NCBI GenBank assembly: GCA_964016885.1
Contig: OZ024743.1
Span: 183,272,001-183,336,000, forward strand
DNA from: Eledone cirrhosa
Lineage: Eukaryota
Direction of reading: 5' to 3'
Length of the DNA stretch: 64,000 nucleotides
Shown here: in pieces, positions 59,868-64,000 of the stretch
Layout of the letters: each line of letters opens with the position of its first letter
Numbering within the stretch: position 1 is the stretch's first letter
Program-made: the position numbers and the translations under genes
The notes under the pieces: generated by a model
What the model was told of the DNA's origin: nothing
Database searches by the model: none
Seen by the model: only the letters and a program-made list of their open reading frames with translations

Positions 59868-62528
59868 TATAACGGAATACTCCTGCTTTACCGGCGAAGA
59901 TTCGAAACCGTATCTGAAGTTTCTCGCCTCTGGGACTAACCATTATTGGAAGTTCCCACCATTGTCCTGTCAAGACAGCGTTGATAAAGATACATTCCAC
60001 TTGACCTATGACTCCAGCTTCTTGGGAGACGATATCCACATGGCTGATCATAAATCAACCTCATATATCCATCCTTCTAACTATAAGGTTATTATAAATA
60101 CAACGACTTAGGAAATCCAAGGACAGACCCGAAGCAGCAGTCAGCAAGTGATAACGATGTAGGCATCAGTAGACCTACCATTTCTCTGTCCTGGCCCTTA
60201 CTGGCTTCCACCTTACCGGCCACAGACACGGTCAGGCAGCCAGATATGAAGCAGCATCCTTGAGAAGAAGAATATATTCTAAGAATAGGCACACACACAC
60301 ACATAGTAAGTTCATATTGTTTGCATTATACGCTCATCCTATTCTTCCTGACATATTGTATCTGTAAGACTCAACACAACTTTTACACCATCGTCTTCTC
60401 TGATACATGCATTCACGCTACCTTGTAGCAGCTAGCCAATTAATGTACAGATAATTCATGTCATAAATATTATTACTCGATGTTCAAAGTGAATATTGTT
60501 ATTAATAAATAAACGTTGTTAACAACACAATTATGGCATTATTCTTTTCATCAAACTACCATCAAAAGAATACAACTTATCCGCTACAACTGGTGACCCT
60601 GTGAAACGAACAGACAGTCTTCTCACCATCCACTACAATTGGTGTTACATTTTATCTGCTACAACTGGTGACCAACACTATCTGCTACAAGTGGTGAACC
60701 CGAGATTTGAACCCACAGTCTTCTCACTACAAACGGTGATCCGAGTTAAAACAACAACAGCCTTCTCACCACAATGATCAATTCGACGCTTGTGAATCAC
60801 AAATCTTCACTGCTTTACAAAACTTGGCGATTCGTCGATGTCTCTAACGTCCGATATGATTCAAGCTCACAACTTTCTCACCGCATTATGGTGTGTCAGA
60901 CGTGACGTGCATAATGGTGATTCCAAGCTAAGCATAAATTTCACTTCAACGCTTGACGCTCACGAATCACATTCGTCAAGTTATTTACCAAACTTTTATT
61001 CTACAGAAGACTTACTGTGACTTCGCTTCGATGCTCTTCAATTCTGTGCTAAACACATCACTGCTAAAATGCTACACACCCGTCCTAGTAAGAAACGATA
61101 ACATTCTTATACCAAAGAAATTTAAAAAAAAAAGAACTCAGACGCACAAAGAAAAGAAAAACTGAACTGTTTGTTAAAAAACAATTCTTTCTTTCTTTTT
61201 TTACAGGCAAAATATGAACTTCATTTTTTTAAATTGTATTATATGCTTGCATGCACACATTTTCTTTTGCTGTATTATATGCTTGCATGCACACACACAT
61301 TTCTTTGTCACACACCAATATGTTGTTGTCTATAGTGTATGTTCTTGATTCCTGTGGGTATTCTTCGAGATCGCTTTTCATATGTTCTTGATTCGTGTTC
61401 GTATTCTCAGAGATCACTTTTCACATGGTTGAGGTATGAATACATGCTATCAACACATGCAGCTTAATTCACCTGGATACACACAGGACCGCAACACGAG
61501 AATTGCTTCATTCGGCTGGATTCACACGGCTTCACATCTCGTTGCACACTCATCATCATATAGCATAAAACCTCAATCTTGTCACTTACCCGACTCACTG
61601 CGAGAGCATTCATGGAACAGGACCTACCACCAGTTCCCACCTTTTCTCCAACAGACTCGCCAACAACTTCCCCGACTCACTGGGAAAGTATCATACGAAT
61701 TACACATCGAGAGCGACCTCGCACGCCAAGACATACCTATCTTAACCTCACACACACCTTGATCGTTCGATCATTAGCTTTCTCACTAGAAGGGAGGGGG
61801 TACTATAACGGAATACTCCTATATTTTACAGGCGAAGATTCGAAACCGAATCTGAGGTTTCTCGCCTCTGGGACTAACCATTATTGGAAGTTCCCACCAT
61901 TGTCCTGTCAAGACAGCGTTGATAAAGATACATTCCACTTGACCTATGACCCCAGCTTCTTGGGAGACGATATCCACATGGCTGATCATAAATCAACCTC
62001 ATATATCCATCCTTCTAACTATAAGGTTATTATAAATACAACGACTTAGGAAATCCAAGGACAGACCCGAAGCAGCAGTCAGCAAGTGATAACGATGTAG
62101 GCATCAGTAGACCTACCATTTCTCTGTCCTGGCCCTTACTGGCTTCCACCTTACCGGCCACAGACACGGTCAGGCAGCCAGACATGAAGCAGCATCCTTG
62201 AGAAGAAGAATATATTCTAAGAATAGGCACACACACACACACATAGTAAGTTCATATTGTTTGCATTATACGCTCATCCTATTCTTCCTGACATATTGTA
62301 TCTGTAAGACTCAACACAACTTTTACATCATCGTCTTCTCTGATACATGCATTCACGCTACCTTGTAGCAGCTAGCCAATTAATGTACAGATAATTCATG
62401 TCATAAATATTATTACTCGATGTTCAAAGTGGATATTGTTATTAATAAATAAACGTTGTTAACAATTCAATCATAGCATTATTCTTTTCATCAAACTACC
62501 ATACAAAGAATACCATCTATCCACTACA
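59868..62528 (+). mobile_element. Non-autonomous LTR retrotransposon, probably Ty3/Gypsy-dependent
   Basis: LTRs at 59868-60588 and 61804-62528. CATG TSD at 59864-59867 and 62529-62532. tRNA-Trp-like PBS TGGTGACCC at 60591. PPT AGAAGGGAGGGGG at 61788-61800. The 1.2-kb interior lacks gag/pol. Confidence 0.9.
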
Positions 62529-62567
62529 CATGATTATTACTTTTATATTAATGTTAAAGACAAAATG

Positions 62568-62599
<32 letters not shown>

Positions 62600-62604
<5 letters not shown>

Positions 62605-62719
62605 AACGAGTAGGACTCCGACGGCTGAGCTCAAGCCGTTTCGGCGGCTAATTCTTTTAGTCCAGAATTAGCCGTCGAAACGGCTTGAGCTCAGCCGTCG
62701 GGGTCCTACTCGTTCCTAT
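62600..62719. repeat. 56-bp inverted repeat with 8-nt loop, between (TA)n tracts
   Basis: Arms 62600-62655 and 62664-62719 differ at two positions. Confidence 0.95.
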
Positions 62720-62795
62720 TACCCACTCTACTACCCTAAGTATTGAGTACTTTGGTGCGTTATGGTCCATCTGGTTCCTTACCACATTTCCTTCG

Positions 62796-62858
<63 letters not shown>

Positions 62859-62945
62859 GGGGCTCATTCTACTGACATGGCTGTAAAAATGAGGCTTGTT
62901 TGCATAATTGCAAACGAATCGAATATTAATATTCGAAAAACTCAG

Positions 62946-63066
<121 letters not shown>

Positions 63067-63449
63067 TAATTTTTTATTATTTAATGTTAAAGAATAAAAA
63101 CTAATGACAAAATGAAAATGTTTTAAAAAATGAGGCCGCCGAGGATGTGTGGCCCTACGCTATGGCTTATAGATAAGTTGAGCACTGACTAAGCGCATCC
63201 AACTTTTCTTTATAAAAATCCTTTCAGAATTTCTTTCCTACAGGCACTGACCTACAGATATTCAAACTAAATATTAACTGTATAGATGCGAAAAGTAGGT
63301 ATCTGTATATGCCATGAACACTACCTCTTCTCTATTAATTCATAGTTGTAGGTCATATTTGCTGTTAGTGATTCAGTGAAGATTTAGTACAGGTATAGGC
63401 AATATTTATCGAGCAGTGGGCATCATCAAAGCAATTTTGAAATGATTCG

Positions 63450-64000
63450 TGCCAACAGAAAGCCAAACAGTCCACAGTTTACTCACGACTGTTTTAGTAA
63501 TTCAGTTTAATCAGCCATTCAATGTGGGAGTCGGACTCTGCCAAAGGTGTGTACTGTCACCTTTCCTGTTCATAATTTTCATGAACAGGATTGACATATG
63601 CAGCCAGGTTGGAAGTAGTATCACGACTACAGTTGTAAAATCAGTCCGCTGGAGTTTGCAGACGACATTGTGCTACATAACTCAACAGAAGGTGATCTCC
63701 GACTTACACATGATAGGTTTGATGCCGAGTGCCGCATGGCTGGGATGAAAATTAGTGCTGTGAAAACTGAGACATTCATCTCCCTATGAAAGCCTGCGCA
63801 GTGTATTCTTCATGTGAATGGAGTTCTACTGAAGCAGGTAGAGAAGTATCTCGAGTGATGGAAGGCAAGAGCCTGAATTAAGTGCTAGAATGTCAGTGCA
63901 GTAATGCGCCAGCTTCAGCATTCACTAATCAGAAGAGGGGAAGTAAGTGTAAAAGCCAAACTCGCTATCTTTAATTCTGTATTCGTGCCAACCCTGACCT
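63450..64000 (+). mobile_element. Degraded RTE-type LINE RT fragment; runs off the right edge
   Basis: FNVGVGLCQRCVLSPFLFIIFM, FADDIVL and KISAVKTE across frameshifts. Confidence 0.82.

Noticed and set aside
59806-60304. Duplicated ORFs at 59806/61579 and 60092/62030 as a gene pair
   Set aside because: They lie in the two LTRs and show no protein motifs.

Overview
AT-rich, repeat-dense animal genomic DNA. The SINE, RTE and microsatellite content suggests an octopod cephalopod, which is an inference and not a database result. Two convergent spliced host genes can be reconstructed. FAM185A (+) has 8 phase-consistent exons from 14882 to 32936, about 473 aa. NUDCD3 (-) has its last 5 coding exons here (52712 to 46188), and its 5' exons were not found in the window. 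An unexplained 219-aa ORF (40277-40936) lies between them. The rest is a nested transposon landscape: RTE LINEs (one split by an apparently full-length CR1-clade LINE with an intact 921-aa ORF2), Tx1/L1-clade and CRE-like remnants, a non-autonomous LTR element with a CATG TSD, a non-autonomous Helitron, piggyBac-type and TA-type MITEs, two tRNA-derived SINE families, Penelope-like ends including a canonical hammerhead ribozyme, and many mini- and microsatellites. The strongest leads are the array of LTR-end/PBS junctions with end-biased LTR divergence, a -1 slippery site linking CR1 ORF1 to an AUG-less ORF2, the intronic hammerhead, a 56-bp hairpin, a structured 73-bp triple repeat, and tandem repeats seeded from splice sites. 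No clearly new multi-gene system is demonstrated. All calls come from reading the sequence by eye.
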